Source: Negaprion brevirostris
Taxonomy: Eukaryota
Direction of reading: 5' to 3'
Length of the DNA stretch: 64,000 bases
Assembly (NCBI GenBank): GCA_030324005.1
Contig: JARDVH010000193.1
Span: 23,454,192 to 23,518,191 of the forward strand
The translations under genes and the position numbers were made by a program. Below the pieces are notes generated by a model. The model ran no database searches and was not told the origin of the DNA. It saw nothing but the letters and a program-made list of their open reading frames with translations. This document shows, one piece after another, positions 25,890 to 38,360 of the stretch; position 1 is the first letter of the stretch; each line of letters starts with the position of its first letter.

Positions 25890-26768
25890 AATAATAATTT
25901 ACATCTCTTTTAGCTGGCCCAGGATTGAAGTCTCCCCTTCCCACCTCCTGCCAGGAGTGTTTCACTTCAGCAGGGTTTAGTATGGCTCCCCACTTGCGGG
26001 AAGCTGGCAGCGCAACTGGAATGAAGGTGGGGGGGCCATCGAGGCCCCACTGGGGAGTGCTGGGAAAGTGCCCCATGGGCATTGTCACCTTGGCAGTGCC
26101 AGCCTGGACCACTGGCACTGTCCACCTCAGCCCCCATTGCACATGGGGCAAAGTGTCAATGCCCAGGGGCCACGGTGGCACTGCCCCCCAANNNNNNNNN
26201 NNNNNNNNNNNNNNNNNNNNNNNNNNNNNNNNNNNNNNNNNNNNNNNNNNNNNNNNNNNNNNNNNNNNNNNNNNNNNNNNNNNNNNNNNNNNNNNNNNNN
26301 NNNNNNNNNNNNNNNNNNNNNNNNNNNNNNNNNNNNNNNNNNNNNNNNNNNNNNNNNNNNNNNNNNNNNNNNNNNNNNNNNGTGATGGATCGGGGCAGCT
26401 GGGGTTGGGCGGGGGTGTTGTTGAGGCTAGCCCAGGCATGTTTGGGGTGCCTGCGATCAGAATGTGGGGGGAGACCCCACCTGCCAGTGATGCAGGGGTC
26501 ATGGGGCTGGCCAGCGATCAGGATGCCTGCAGTGCACATCCTCCAATCTCGGTGCTGACAGACTGGTGCATGTGCAATGGCCCGCTTTGCACTGTGCTTC
26601 CAGCTGGAATAGATCCCACCCACTGATTTTCAGCATGATTCACACTGAGACTCACTGTTGTGTACAGTGTGTGGGAGATTCGTTTTGAAACTTCTGAGGG
26701 AAAAAGCGTGATTTACTCCAGTTTTTATGCCAATTCGTCACTCAGAATTTTTCTGGGAGAATCGCCCC
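25890..26768. mobile_element. GC-rich non-autonomous DNA transposon fragment (Harbinger-like end)
   Basis: Internal ggcagtgcc/ggcactgcc inverted motifs; terminal gggagaatcgcccc; partner TIR not identified. Confidence 0.5.
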
Positions 26769-27789
26769 CACAGTCTGAAATCGCATTGGAGATTTGCATC
26801 CCTCTGGCACCCTTCGTGCACGGGTCAGCCCCATTTGCATCACTGCAGATGAGTATAGCCTACTCAGCAGGGAGATCTTCATCTGAGGGGGAGAATGGGA
26901 CAGAGACAGAGAGGAGCCCAGGTAATTGTAGACATCACGTTAAAGCAGAGGCACAGGCACAGGGTGTTCAGGGCCAACAAGTGTTGTTGCTTGATTAACA
27001 ATCCAGAAATCCAGGTTAATGCTCTGGGGACCCAGGTTCAAATCCCACCATGGTAGAATTTTTTTAAATCAAAAAAAATCTGGAATTAGCAGTCTAGCAA
27101 TGACCATGAAACCATTGTTGATTGCTGTAAAAACCGATTTGCCTATACACCGCTGCGTGTGTTTGCTGTACCTTCAAACTTCATAAAACCTATGCCATTA
27201 ACTTTGTGTATTGGAAGTGGATGTACAAGTGGATAATGGTTAACTATAACACTTAGAAGAAACTATCTCAGATAACAATTAATATTCATAACTTGCTTTA
27301 AAAAATCCACCAGACAATAATGCATAGGGATTCACTCATTAATTTTTTAGATAACTGAAAGGCGAGACAATTATTTACAAAACTTCTAGATTCTTTCATC
27401 GGCTGTTTCATGATTTTTGTTAAATTTCCAAGGATTTTGCAGGAATCTTGTACTTCTGCTCACTCATGTTTTGAAACTGCTTTTGCTGCCTACACTTAGG
27501 TGGAGATGGAGCACCATCTCCACCTGAGGTTCCTGGCGTTCATCAGGAGGTTCAATTTCTACGAAGCAGCAGATGGCATTAACTGGGATCCATTTTACCC
27601 ATTGATAATTCAGATTTTCCAGTAATTTGAATTAACCAACAAGTTTTATAATGGAGGGACATACTATGCCTGATTTTGATTTCAGTTAAGAGCCACTGTA
27701 CGTTTCATGTCGCTTATGAATTTCTGACGAAATACTGGATTATTCAAAATGTCTGTCAGATATATAAAATCCAATGTTTGTTGCACTAG

Positions 27790-27902
27790 GTGACCCTGGT
27801 GAAAATGCGGACACATATTTCCTCCTGCAATAAAGTTCAGGAGCAGATGGACAACTGTCCAAAGTTTGTACCTGTTGTTCCTACCACGCAGCCCATTCCC
27901 AG
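27790..27902 (+). CDS. RNF166: RNF166 coding exon 3
   Basis: cactag|GTG ... CCCAG|gtaagg; 113 nt; VTLVKMRTHISSCNKVQEQMDNCPKFVPVVPTTQPIP(S); phase-compatible with exons 2 and 4. Confidence 0.96.
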
Positions 27903-30331
27903 GTAAGGAACCTGCAATGTAAGTTCTGCAAGAAAATCTTTGAAGATCAGCCGCGCGTAGAGTTTGCACACTGTCATGATACCCCAGATCAATTTAAAAT
28001 CACTGTATTTAAATGATCACTGAAACTCATTTACACTATAGGTGCATTAATTTTCAGTCGCAACATTACCTTAGTGTTTTGCAGACGTCTACTAAACTAT
28101 TCTCATGTGCACAATTCACTTTTTGGAAAACATTTTTAAAAGCTATTGGATCTTCAGAAATGATTAAAAATAACCTATGAGATGCTTGCATGCAGCGCAA
28201 TGTAAATATGAGTATTCTTAAGAAAATCTTAAGAAAAGCAAATAACTGTCTTATTTCACAATGAATCTCTGATAAAGTATATATTCCTGGACTTGCAAAA
28301 GCAATTTCAAGGCAAGAGTAATCTATCCAAGTTTGTATGTGTGGCTGATATGCTGTCATGACCACATAAAGGCATTTCCTGAAAATGATCTGTGGGGGTG
28401 GGTGTGTCCATGTTCATGCGCGTGTGTGTGTGCGTGCGCATGTGTCCATGTTCATGTCTGTGTCCCACTTAATTAGGTGATGATGCAATTAAAAAAAAAC
28501 CAACAACAAAACATTTACCCTTAAGCATGATAAACTTTAGTTTATTACAAAAAAAACTGCTGTAATTTAACTGATTAAAAATGCAGATAATGGGGAAAAC
28601 CATGTGATTTCAGATTAGTCACTGTGACATGGTTGTTGGTCTGTTACATGAATGCCTTCTTTCCAAAGAGCAACCCTGAGGTTTGATTTTAGCAGCTGTC
28701 ATGGTTTCTGAGTGGAGTATTCAGAGATTTTCAGGTGGACTCAGCAGGTTTTTGGGAGAGAGTGTTTCTCCTATTCCTCACTAATTCTGCAGTTGCAGCA
28801 CTTGCAGATTGTCTGGATGCTTTCAGCAGAGTAGCAATTGATTTCTTCTTTGTCCTCCCTTGGCCAAGAATCCTCTCTGATGTTGTCTCTGAGTTTATCT
28901 TGGGGTTCTGCGTCCTGTTTCTCAAAATGGCTTCTTAGCCTCTTCTATACATGGTTGCTGTGCTAATTTTCAAAGAGTCATTGTTCAAAGAAGTTAATTA
29001 TGTTGTTGTCCTCTGAAGTCGCTTCCAGTCTCCTGTTCCCTCAGTGGCAAAAGGACTTTTTGCACCTTTAGAAGATTCAGTGGACATCCCTGGTGGGATC
29101 ATTGCAATTTAACGATTCTTCATAGCCAGCTGTAGAAGTACAAAGCTGACCAAGTTTTAACAAATGCAGAAAGGTGCCACGTTGCCTGTCCATACTTCCA
29201 TTCTGTACAAGGCTTTTAAGCTCAATGTAAAGGTTTGTAAACAGAAATGTACCTTGAAAAACGCCGTTCTTAAAAAATCTGTAATATCAATTACCACATT
29301 TGTGACACATACACTATGATTTTTGATTGCTGATGTCAAACTTTTAACAGAAACAAAACAATCTTAAAATGCTGTGTTCTGACTGCAACATAAAACTGTC
29401 CACTGAATTCCAGATGTTTCCCAAGCAAGAGTAAAGTTCTGAATGATCTTTTGAGTTTGTGTTTTAGGTCCATCTTCAAATAATATGCTGTGTGTTATGT
29501 GATATAATGTTCCTGTTCTCTCAAAGTAATATGTCACTTTGAGAGATGTATTTAAGATAATGAAGGGAGTGGAGAATGCAGATTCAAGCCAGATTTTCGG
29601 TTGTATATTCAAAAACAAAGTAACTAGTTCAAAATTAAGAAATTTGGGCATTTTTCAGTAAATGGATGATAAACGTATGAATCACATAACTAGCAAGTGT
29701 GGTGGAAAAGAAAACTAAGCTGTACTTGATAAGTTAATCTCAACAAGTAGAATTCAAGATAATTGGGTTTAGAAATCTATCAAGATAATGTTGTGAGAAA
29801 TTGAATAGGTAGAGTAGGTGGACTGGTGGTTTAATTTTACCTGAAAATTGTTACTATCTATAAAAAGTGTGTTTTTTATAGCATCTTTAACATAGCAAAA
29901 TGTCCCAAAGCACCTAGCAGACATGACAACTAGCTTTAAATAATGATGAGAAAACTTCTAGGAAATGTAATTGAAAGTAAAGGTGGTGGTAAATTTTGAG
30001 AAACCTTTAATGGGTCGGGTGTGCAATATCAAATGGAAGAAATATAGGGGGAGCGTGCCAGAGATCTGCTAGAAAACATAACAGTATTTTTAATACAGCA
30101 ATTCATTTGCAATGGGATAGATGTTGCCATATGTTTATATTGTGCCTGTTTTGGGATCAGTGAAATCAGATGTGTTGAAACAGAACGCATTTAGCTATTC
30201 CCCACTAGAGATCTTTTATTTTCCTCCTTTCCTGTCAAGTACAAGACAGAGCCAATCATTATTCCTGACCTAGCTAGTTGGGTCACTTTAGTACAGGTAC
30301 ATTCACTAAAGCAAATTTTGTTCTCCTCCAG

Positions 30332-30446
30332 TAATATTCCAAACCGTTCCACGTTCGTCTGCCCATACTGTGGGGCACGAAACCTTGACCAGCAGGAATT
30401 AGTCAAACATTGCATGGACAATCATCGCAGTGATCCCACCAAAGTG
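30332..30446 (+). CDS. RNF166: RNF166 coding exon 4 (Di19-type zinc finger)
   Basis: ttctcctccag|T ... GTG|gtaagt; 115 nt; NIPNRSTFVCPYCGARNLDQQELVKHCMDNHRSDPTKV. Confidence 0.96.
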
Positions 30447-31183
30447 GTAAGTTCGTAGGGTCTCATGTCATACCCAAACCAGGATCANNNNNNNNNNNNN
30501 NNNNNNNNNNNNNNNNNNNNNNNNNNNNNNNNNNNNNNNNNNNNNNNNNNNNNNNNNNNNNNNNNNNNNNNNNNNNNNNNNNNNNNNNNNNNNNNNNNNN
30601 NNNNNNNNNNNNNNNNNNNNNNNNNNNNNNNNNNNNNNNNNNNNNNNNNNNNNNNNNNNNNNNNNNNNNNNNNNNNNNNNNNNNNNNNNNNNNNNNNNNN
30701 NNNNNNNNNNNNNNNNNNNNNNNNNNNNNNNNNNNNNNNNNNNNNNNNNNNNNNNNNNNNNNNNNNNNNNNNNNNNNNNNNNNNNNNNNNNNNNNNNNNN
30801 NNNNNNNNNNNNNNNNNNNNNNNNNNNNNNNNNNNNNNNNNNNNNNNNNNNNNNNNNNNNNAACCAAAAGCTAAACCATCTCATACACATCTTAGTTTAT
30901 TTGGGTAATATTTGCAAAAACTTCCCCTATTTGAAAAGGGAAGTTATGGAGAGGAGAGTGAGAGGGGATGATGTATCTGTTCATGGCCTGTTACTGAAAG
31001 CAGGGTAAGTTGGTTGAGGAGAATGCATCTTGCACTGATAGCGCTTTGGGCATGTCTCTGTCTAGTCAGCAAACCCAGCGTAAAAGACTAACAAACTACT
31101 AGAAACAGCAAGAAGAATAGAATTTTACTTATTCTTTTATCATCTAACTCCTTGATTTTGTTTTTGATCATTTATGTGAGTAG

Positions 31184-31291
31184 GTATGTCCAATTTGTGT
31201 GGCAATGCCATGGGGAGATCCGAGCTACAAGAGTGCCAACTTCCTTCAGCACTTGCTTCACAGGCACAAGTTCTCCTATGATACATTTGTG
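31184..31291 (+). CDS. RNF166: RNF166 coding exon 5
   Basis: gagtag|GTA ... GTG|gtgagt; 108 nt; [36 protein letters not shown]. Confidence 0.96.
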
Positions 31292-32539
31292 GTGAGTATG
31301 AGTTCTTTAACATGGAAAAATATCGTTTGGAACACTGCAATGGCTCAGTTTATAATGGCACTATATATGTAAATTCATTGAACCAGCGAGATCAGAACGC
31401 AACATGTTTAATTCACAGTCCCTGCCCAGTTAGTTGATTGATGCCAAGATTGAAGTTATGATGTGGAGTTGCCAGCGTTGGACTGGGGTAGGCAATAGGA
31501 AAGAAAATAGAAGTTGCAATGTGAAAATTTAGCTGCCCTACTCCTGATTAATTTCTGGAAAGTGCACAGGTGTGTAAATGTCAGGTTAGGAAGACCGGAT
31601 CGGATTTAGCTGTGACTTCCCATCTCGCACCTTCAGAATGCTCAGTGTTTCGGGTCATGTAGGTTATACATTTCTGTCAGCTATTTATAAAATGTAACAT
31701 TTCACAGTCTGCCACTAATATGGATTTGGCCGACTGGTTTTAACCTGCTTCTTTCGAATTGAATCAAGTAGCTGCTAAAGAAGTGGCATGCTGGACCAAA
31801 ACCAAAACAGCAGAAGGAAAATGTAGGATCAAGGCCATCTACGGGATGGAGAAACATCCAGCGACCTGATTCAGTCGGAGGTTTAGTTATTAAACACAGC
31901 TGCAAAGTGGGAGGCAAAAGGACATTTATTTGTTTGTTTACTTAATTAAATGATGACTTGCCTATTCCATTAGTTCTATGAGTAGCCTGTGAAATAAAGA
32001 CCAGGCTATGAACTGTGCATCTGTTATGTCATGATAGATTATATATGAATGAGGCAAATTGTCTAAGCATTTCTTTGGTTGTGTAGTCATTTACTACTGA
32101 TCAAAATGTTTCAACTGTGGTTATGTTTTGGTTATTTTTCTGCTGGTTTTAACCTTTAAAGGTATTGTACAGTTTGAACCTATACACGGCTGTTTTTTGT
32201 AAATTTCTGTGATTCCTGCTTTCAATCTTCTGTTCACTTTTTTGAGAGATTTTGTGAATCATGCTCCTAATTTGAGATGGGAGGCACAATTCCTCTGAAT
32301 GCATTGCAACAAAAGTAGTAAATGTGATCTTTATGAAAAGATTTGTAACTTTGCTACACATGCTGCTCTGATGGTACCTTCCTCAATACAACAGGGTGAT
32401 TTTCTACTGCTCTCCCTCTCCTCATATGCACAGTCACTTAAAATTTATATATCTAATTAGTGTAATAGGGTGATTCCTTTGCTTCTGTTGTGGGAGAGCA
32501 AATCATACTTGTATAATATTCATTTTCTACCTATATGAA

Positions 32540-33130
32540 GCAAAATCCTGCAAATGCTGTAAGTCTGAAATAAAAACTGAATATGCTGGAAATAGATCAT
32601 CCAGCATTTTGTGGAGAGAGAAACTGAGTTAACATTTCAGGTTAGTGCCCTCAAGCTTAAAACTTGATAAAAGATCGTTGACTTGAAGTGTTTATTTGCT
32701 TTTCTATGCATCAATGAATATAAGAAATGGTGGCTGCCCCTTCAAGCCTGTTCTGCTGTTCAACAAGATCATGGGTGATCTACCTTAACTCCACCGTCTC
32801 ACATTATAATTCTTGATCCCCTAAATATCCAAAAACCTGTCCAGTCCCGTTTTGCATCTACTGAACAACGGAATAGCCATAAGTCTCTGAGGCAGACAAT
32901 TACAAAGATTCACAACGCATTGAGTGAAGAAACTTCTCTGTCCTAAATGACCAACCTCTTATTCTGAGACTCTGACCCCATGTTCTAAATTCTCCAGCCA
33001 GGGAAACATTTTCTCAATAGCCACCTGTCAAGCCCCTAAAATTTTAGTTAGATCACCTCTCGTTCTTTTAAACTTCATTGAATATGGTTGCCAGACCTGC
33101 TGAGTATTTCCAGCATGTTTGGTTTCTGTT
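32540..33130. mobile_element. Penelope-type inverted repeat interrupted by a reverse CR1 3' fragment (about 32718-33085)
   Basis: aagcaaaatcctgcaaatgctg...gagagagaaactgagttaacatttcagg resumes as gccagacctgctgagtatttccagc after the CR1 piece. Confidence 0.65.
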
Positions 33131-33694
33131 ACTCATTTTCTACCACGAGGTTTCAGCAAGGGGATGAGTATAGAGGTGGTCAGGGTCCAGAGAATAAATG
33201 TCATTTTGTACTGGTAGCGTAGTTCTGACTGAGTTTATTTTGTTCTGAAGAAAAGTCTCACTTGTACTCTGCTTGGGTAATACAATTAAACAAAAAAATA
33301 AGCTCAATAATATGCAACTACCAGTGCAATACACAGAATAAAGCAGTGTAACACCTTGAATTATAATATAGTGCAAGTGACCTATAATAAAACATGCTTT
33401 GGAAACATTGGTCATGATGAATAGTTCAATATATTTGCATTTGTAGAATGGTCAAACATTGGCATTAGCTGTATATAATAAAAATGGAGGAAAATTTCTG
33501 CGGTTTAGGATTTACAATGTAGAAAAAATTGTAAATGTGCAAACAACAATTCTTTTTTCATTGTAATAAAACAGCTGAAATCTTCAGGGTAAGTATTTGC
33601 AATTAATCTGAATTTGACTGCTCAATGGTATTTGCAATGAAATAAATCAGACTTTTCAGAGTGGCACATGATAGAGATGATTTTAGAGTTTTTT

Positions 33695-33777
33695 AGTTTA
33701 TTTATTGGTGTCACATGTAGGCTTACATTCACACTGCAATGAAGTTACTGTGAAAATCCCCTAGTCGCCACACTCCG
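33695..33777 (-). mobile_element. HE1-like SINE tail, reverse, continuing into gap
   Basis: tttatttattggtgtcacatgtaggcttacattcacactgcaatgaagttactgtgaaaatcccctagtcgccacactccg is the reverse complement of the SINE tail. Confidence 0.85.
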
Positions 33778-34236
33778 NNNNNNNNNNNNNNNNNNNNNNN
33801 NNNNNNNNNNNNNNNNNNNNNNNNNNNNNNNNNNNNNNNNNNNNNNNNNNNNNNNNNNNNNNNNNNNNNNNNNNNNNNNNNNNNNNNNNNNNNNNNNNNN
33901 NNNNNNNNNNNNNNNNNNNNNNNNNNNNNNNNNNNNNNNNNNNNNNNNNNNNNNNNNNNNNNNNNNNNNNNNNNNNNNNNNNNNNNNNNNNNNNNNNNNN
34001 NNNNNNNNNNNNNNNNNNNNNNNNNNNNNNNNNNNNNNNNNNNNNNNNNNNNNNNNNNNNNNNNNNNNNNNNNNNNNNNNNNNNNNNNNNNNNNNNNNNN
34101 NNNNNNNNNNNNNNNNNNNNNNNNNNNNNNNNNNNNNNNNNNNNNNNNNNNNNNNNNNNNNNNNNNNNNNNNNNNNNNNNNAAGTCAATGACCTTAAATC
34201 AAGCTTTAAATTCAAAGGCATTAACCTGAATTAACC

Positions 34237-34496
34237 AGTGGTTAGCACTGCTGCATCTCAGCGCCAGGGATCAGGTTCAGTTCCCAGCTTGGTCGCTATC
34301 TGTGTGGAGTCTGCGTGGGTTTCTTCCGGATGCTCCATTCCTTCCACATCCAGAGATGTGCAGGTTAGATGGATTGGCCATGCTAAATTCTCCCTCAGTG
34401 TACCTGAACAGGTGCCGGAGTGTGGTGACTAGAGGCTTTTCACAATAATTTCATTGCCATGTTAATGTAAGTCTACTTGTGACTAATAAATAAACA
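34237..34496 (+). mobile_element. HE1-like SINE
   Basis: agtggttagcactgctgcatctcagcgccaggga...ctaataaataaac. Confidence 0.88.
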
Positions 34497-34549
34497 TTAC
34501 TTTCACTGAAATGTTAACTTCATTTCTCTCTCCATAAAATGCTGAATGA

Positions 34550-34832
34550 TCTATTTCCCCTTAGTAGAGGGGTCAGTAATCAGGGGGCCTTAGCTTCAAG
34601 GTAATAGGCAGGAGATGTAGAGGGGATTTGAGGAAACTTTTTTTCATCCAGAGGGTGGTGGAAATCTGGAACTTCTGCCTAAAAGGGTGGTAGAGGCAGG
34701 AACCCTAATAACATTTATGAAGCTATAGCAAACATGGCTACAGACCAAGTGCTGGAAAATGGCATTAAAATAGAAAGGGCTTGGTGTTTGTTGCAGATAC
34801 AATGGGCTGAAGGGCTTATTTTTGTTCTCTGA
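34550..34832 (+). mobile_element. CR1 3' fragment
   Basis: ttcatccagagggtggtggaaatctggaac...atgggctgaagggc tail. Confidence 0.75.
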
Positions 34833-35280
34833 CTCGACAACTCCTTACCACCCAACTACCCATTCTGACATGACTATCTCCCCCACCACGTGCGACTTTT
34901 CTTCAGAACAAAGTAAATCCAAACATAACAATGCCACCAGTACAAAATGATTCTATGGACTCCCATGTTTTGAAAATGAAGCAATGCTCATTTATTGATC
35001 TTATTCTTGCAATATTTTGTTTTGGTATAATTCAATTTTTCGCTTAACTTTGATGAGATCAAACATTGGGAGTTGTAAACACGACACAGAATTCTGGTGT
35101 CTAAAGTCGATCTATGGTACCTAGCTTTAAAATGCAACAATTTCCAACATATAAAGGCAGCTAAGAGTTAACCTAAGCATGCAAGCACATGATTTGGAAA
35201 TATTTTATTATTCAGGAAAGCTTACACCTTACAGGGCTGGAATAATCTGCATTTTTAAAATGTTCTATTTTTGATTTCAG

Positions 35281-35346
35281 GATTACAATATTGATGAAGA
35301 TGCGGCGTTACATGCAGCAATAGCACTTTCACTCACAGAGAAATGA
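35281..35346 (+). CDS. RNF166: RNF166 last coding exon (ubiquitin-interacting motif) with stop
   Basis: tttttgatttcag|GAT; DYNIDEDAALHAAIALSLTEK-TGA; UIM-like acidic-A-x-A-L-S pattern. Confidence 0.95.
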   Translation, partial: DYNIDEDAALHAAIALSLTEK

Positions 35347-35380
35347 AGCAACTGCCTGCACAGAGATCGAAGCAGATATC

Positions 35381-35750
35381 CTTTGCACAGGTCACCTTCT
35401 CTCACCTGGGCAAAGAGAGTGCCAATTTCCCAGCATTCTGTAGGGTACTATCATTCTCTGCACAAGTCACCTTCTCTCATCTGGGCAAAATCAGTGTCTT
35501 TGTCCCAGCATTCAGTAAGGTGCTGTCATCTCTTGAACAGATCATTTTTCTCACCTGTGCAAAGAGAGTGCCAATTTCTTAGCGTTCTGATAGATACTGT
35601 CATTTTTTTGCACAGACCACCTTCTCCCACCTGGGGATAGATAGTGCTCACTTCTTAGTATTCAATAGGGTGCTATCAATCTCTATATAAGTTAACTTCT
35701 CACACTTGGGCACAGATCATACATACTTCCCAGCATTCTGTAGAGTTCTG
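35381..35750 (+). repeat. 75-bp tandem repeat, about 5 diverged units, in the RNF166 3' UTR
   Basis: Unit ctttgcacaggtcaccttctctcacctgggcaaagagagtgccaatttcccagcattctgtagggtactatcatt recurs at about 35381, 35456, 35531, 35606 and 35681. Confidence 0.9.
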
Positions 35751-37210
35751 GTAGCTCAGCCAGTCAAGTAACTGATTTTGTAACAAGTTTGTTTTTAAAT
35801 CACTAGTGCGTGCCTACACCTGTTTGGTTTTAAATTTGTTCCTACATTTTTCTACATTACAAATTGTTGTATTTTTGTGGTGAAGCTTGTGTGAGAGGGA
35901 TGTTTGGTTTAAAGTTTGTGTTTTGACGTTTAGGGTTTTTTGCCTTCAAAGAAATGAAAGCACACTTTTAAAAATGGTACAGGAAAGAATAGAAAACTTG
36001 AATTGAGTAAGAAACCTTTCATCAGTACTATATATCATTTATCATGTTGCTAATCAGAGCTCGAATTTAACCGTTGGCAGATGGAAAGTTTAGTGAAATA
36101 CATTGTCAACAAAGAGGTGATGTGGTGGTTTGGATTTTGCGGTTGCAATGACAGCAAAGCTGTCAATATTCACTGTCATAACTGTGAAACTGGCAGCAAG
36201 TATTGATACTAGCATGTGTACAATAAAACACAAAAATCAAGGAGTTACAGATTGACGTTTCCCAGGTCTGCCACAAGGTACGCTTTAAAGTCACCACAGA
36301 GAGGAATCTTTAGGACTCACTCGAGTTGATGTGAACTTCCACTTTTGTGCTATTGGTCTTGCTGTGAAAAGCCTTGGTAATGATATACCTTGTTGAATGA
36401 GGTGTAACTAGGTGTTTAATAGCATACTTAGTTATTGCTGAACAACCTCTCTGGCCAGCAAAAAACTAAACTTGTATTTGTGGATTGTCAAATTATTCCA
36501 TTTTGAAAAATTTCAAATATTTAAAATAAGAGTTACTTTTTAAAGTGTGGTTATATTTCAGCTTCCATCTTGATCCTATTTGTAAATCCCAGTCTTTACT
36601 TAATTGTTGGTAAAATGACTGAAAAGTGAAGATCAATCAATAGTTGCTACTTTCTGGTTTGCTGTCTATGAGAATTCTTCAGTGTGATAGCTTGCTTGGT
36701 GGGATCACCGTTTCTGAAGGTCAGAGATATCTTTGAGCTGACAACAGTAGGTAAGTAATATCAGGAAAGGTGAGGTGTATACCGCGTAGATTGATAAATC
36801 TTGTGGGCAGCTTCCTTTGAAATCCACAGCAAGTGCTGTCATTTCCTTGCCAGCTGGGCCAATGTGTATATTCATGCATGTGCATCTGGCTATATTAGCT
36901 ATCTGCAGAGGCTAACGCATTTTCAGTTTTGCATTTAGCCTGCCAAATGTAATCCCATTGAAAATCCTGGTGAATAATTGGGGGGTGGGGTGAGACAGAA
37001 ATTGATCGCTTAACTCTCATCTATATTGTCTTGTGTGTGATGTGCAAGGAACTAGACCTTGAGCTTTTCTGCTCGTTCATTTCTTAAAAGGTTCATCTGA
37101 TTCTTTGAGGTAACACATCATTACCATTAATTATCTTACTCTGAAGAAATCTGCACATTCCAATACTTTAATTGCTCATTCTGACAGAGAGAATGCAGGC
37201 TGTATATTCT

Positions 37211-37216
37211 AATAAA
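37211..37216 (+). terminator. Candidate RNF166 polyadenylation signal (alternative AATAAA at 36222)
   Basis: TGTA shortly upstream of AATAAA (ctgtatattctAATAAA), about 1.9 kb after the stop; not verifiable from sequence alone. Confidence 0.3.
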
Positions 37217-38164
37217 ATTCCCTTTAAAATGGGACTGCCCAGGTACTGGCAATCATGTAAGTGCTGGATACGTTCAGTTTGGGTAATAACTGCTGGTCTT
37301 GCCAGCGACACCTACATCCCTTGAACAAATAAATTAAAAATGCACGATAAATAACATATCTTTTCATTCGGTCGCCTTGGGATGGTGCAGGTCTACTGAC
37401 TATCGGAGTCCATTGTAGCCTTGCTGTGATAGTTAAGGATAATTGCTCCTGTTCATAGACAAGTTGCCAATTTTGAGAAAATTTTTGGTGTAAAACTCTT
37501 GGGCTCTTTGAAGTCACACACCAAAGATGCGTATATGATTACATGAGCTGTTCTACTAGATATCACAGTGTGGCTGATTAGCAAATTTAGAGTAAGTCAA
37601 CTGTGTTGTACACTTCAAAAAAACGCTGCATGCACTGCACACATTGTTAAGACTTTCAACACGTCTGGAACCTCTCAATACCAAAGGATCTTAATTATGT
37701 AGACTGGCAATATCAATGAGAAGATGTCAGGGCAATATTGGGCAGTGCCTAAAAAGGGACACGGGGATTCCAATGTCAGGTTACCTTGTGCCTGTTACTT
37801 TTGATGTAGGCTGCACTCAACTCCTTGCTGCCTGCTAAGTTAAATAATTGCAGAGTGCAGTCAATGCTACATGCACTGTTGCATAGCTACATGTCTAAGC
37901 AGAGGATGCAAGATCATGCATGAGTTAAAACTAACCTACTGTACCTAAAGGCAGCCTACACTCCTTCAAGGTGAGGTGCACTGTGGCTGTACCAGGTACT
38001 GGAAGTCATTTGAAAAGTGCTTTTTATGTGGGGAACACTCAATAATGGCACAATATTGCAGNNNNNNNNNNNNNNNNNNNNNNNNNNNNNNNNNNNNNNN
38101 NNNNNNNNNNNNNNNNNNNNNNNNNNNNNNNNNNNNNNNNNNNNNNNNNNNNNNNNNNNNNAGA

Positions 38165-38360
38165 ATGCAGATTCAAAGACACTCAGTTGCTGCACGGGTG
38201 ACCATGATTGAGAAGAGGAGATGTGATCTTTCCTGTGGGGGGTGGTGGTGGGGCTGAAAAACCCTACAGACAAACTTTGCAAAGGCAGTGGGACCAGATA
38301 GCTGTGGAGGTAAATGCCAGGGACCAAACCCAAGGATCTGTGTGAAAAAAATGCAATTAC
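38165..38360 (+). pseudogene. Harbinger Myb/SANT-like DNA-binding ORF remnant
   Basis: RFKD...RRDVIFP and RQWDQIAVEVNAR pieces, typical of the Myb/SANT (NAIF1-like) partner protein of Harbinger transposons; frameshifted. Confidence 0.6.

Noticed and set aside
28400-28465. (TG/CG)n tract with duplicated gtgtccatgttcatg; other tiny duplications at about 15637, 23588 and 45256
   Set aside because: Ordinary microsatellite or slippage products with no evidence of function
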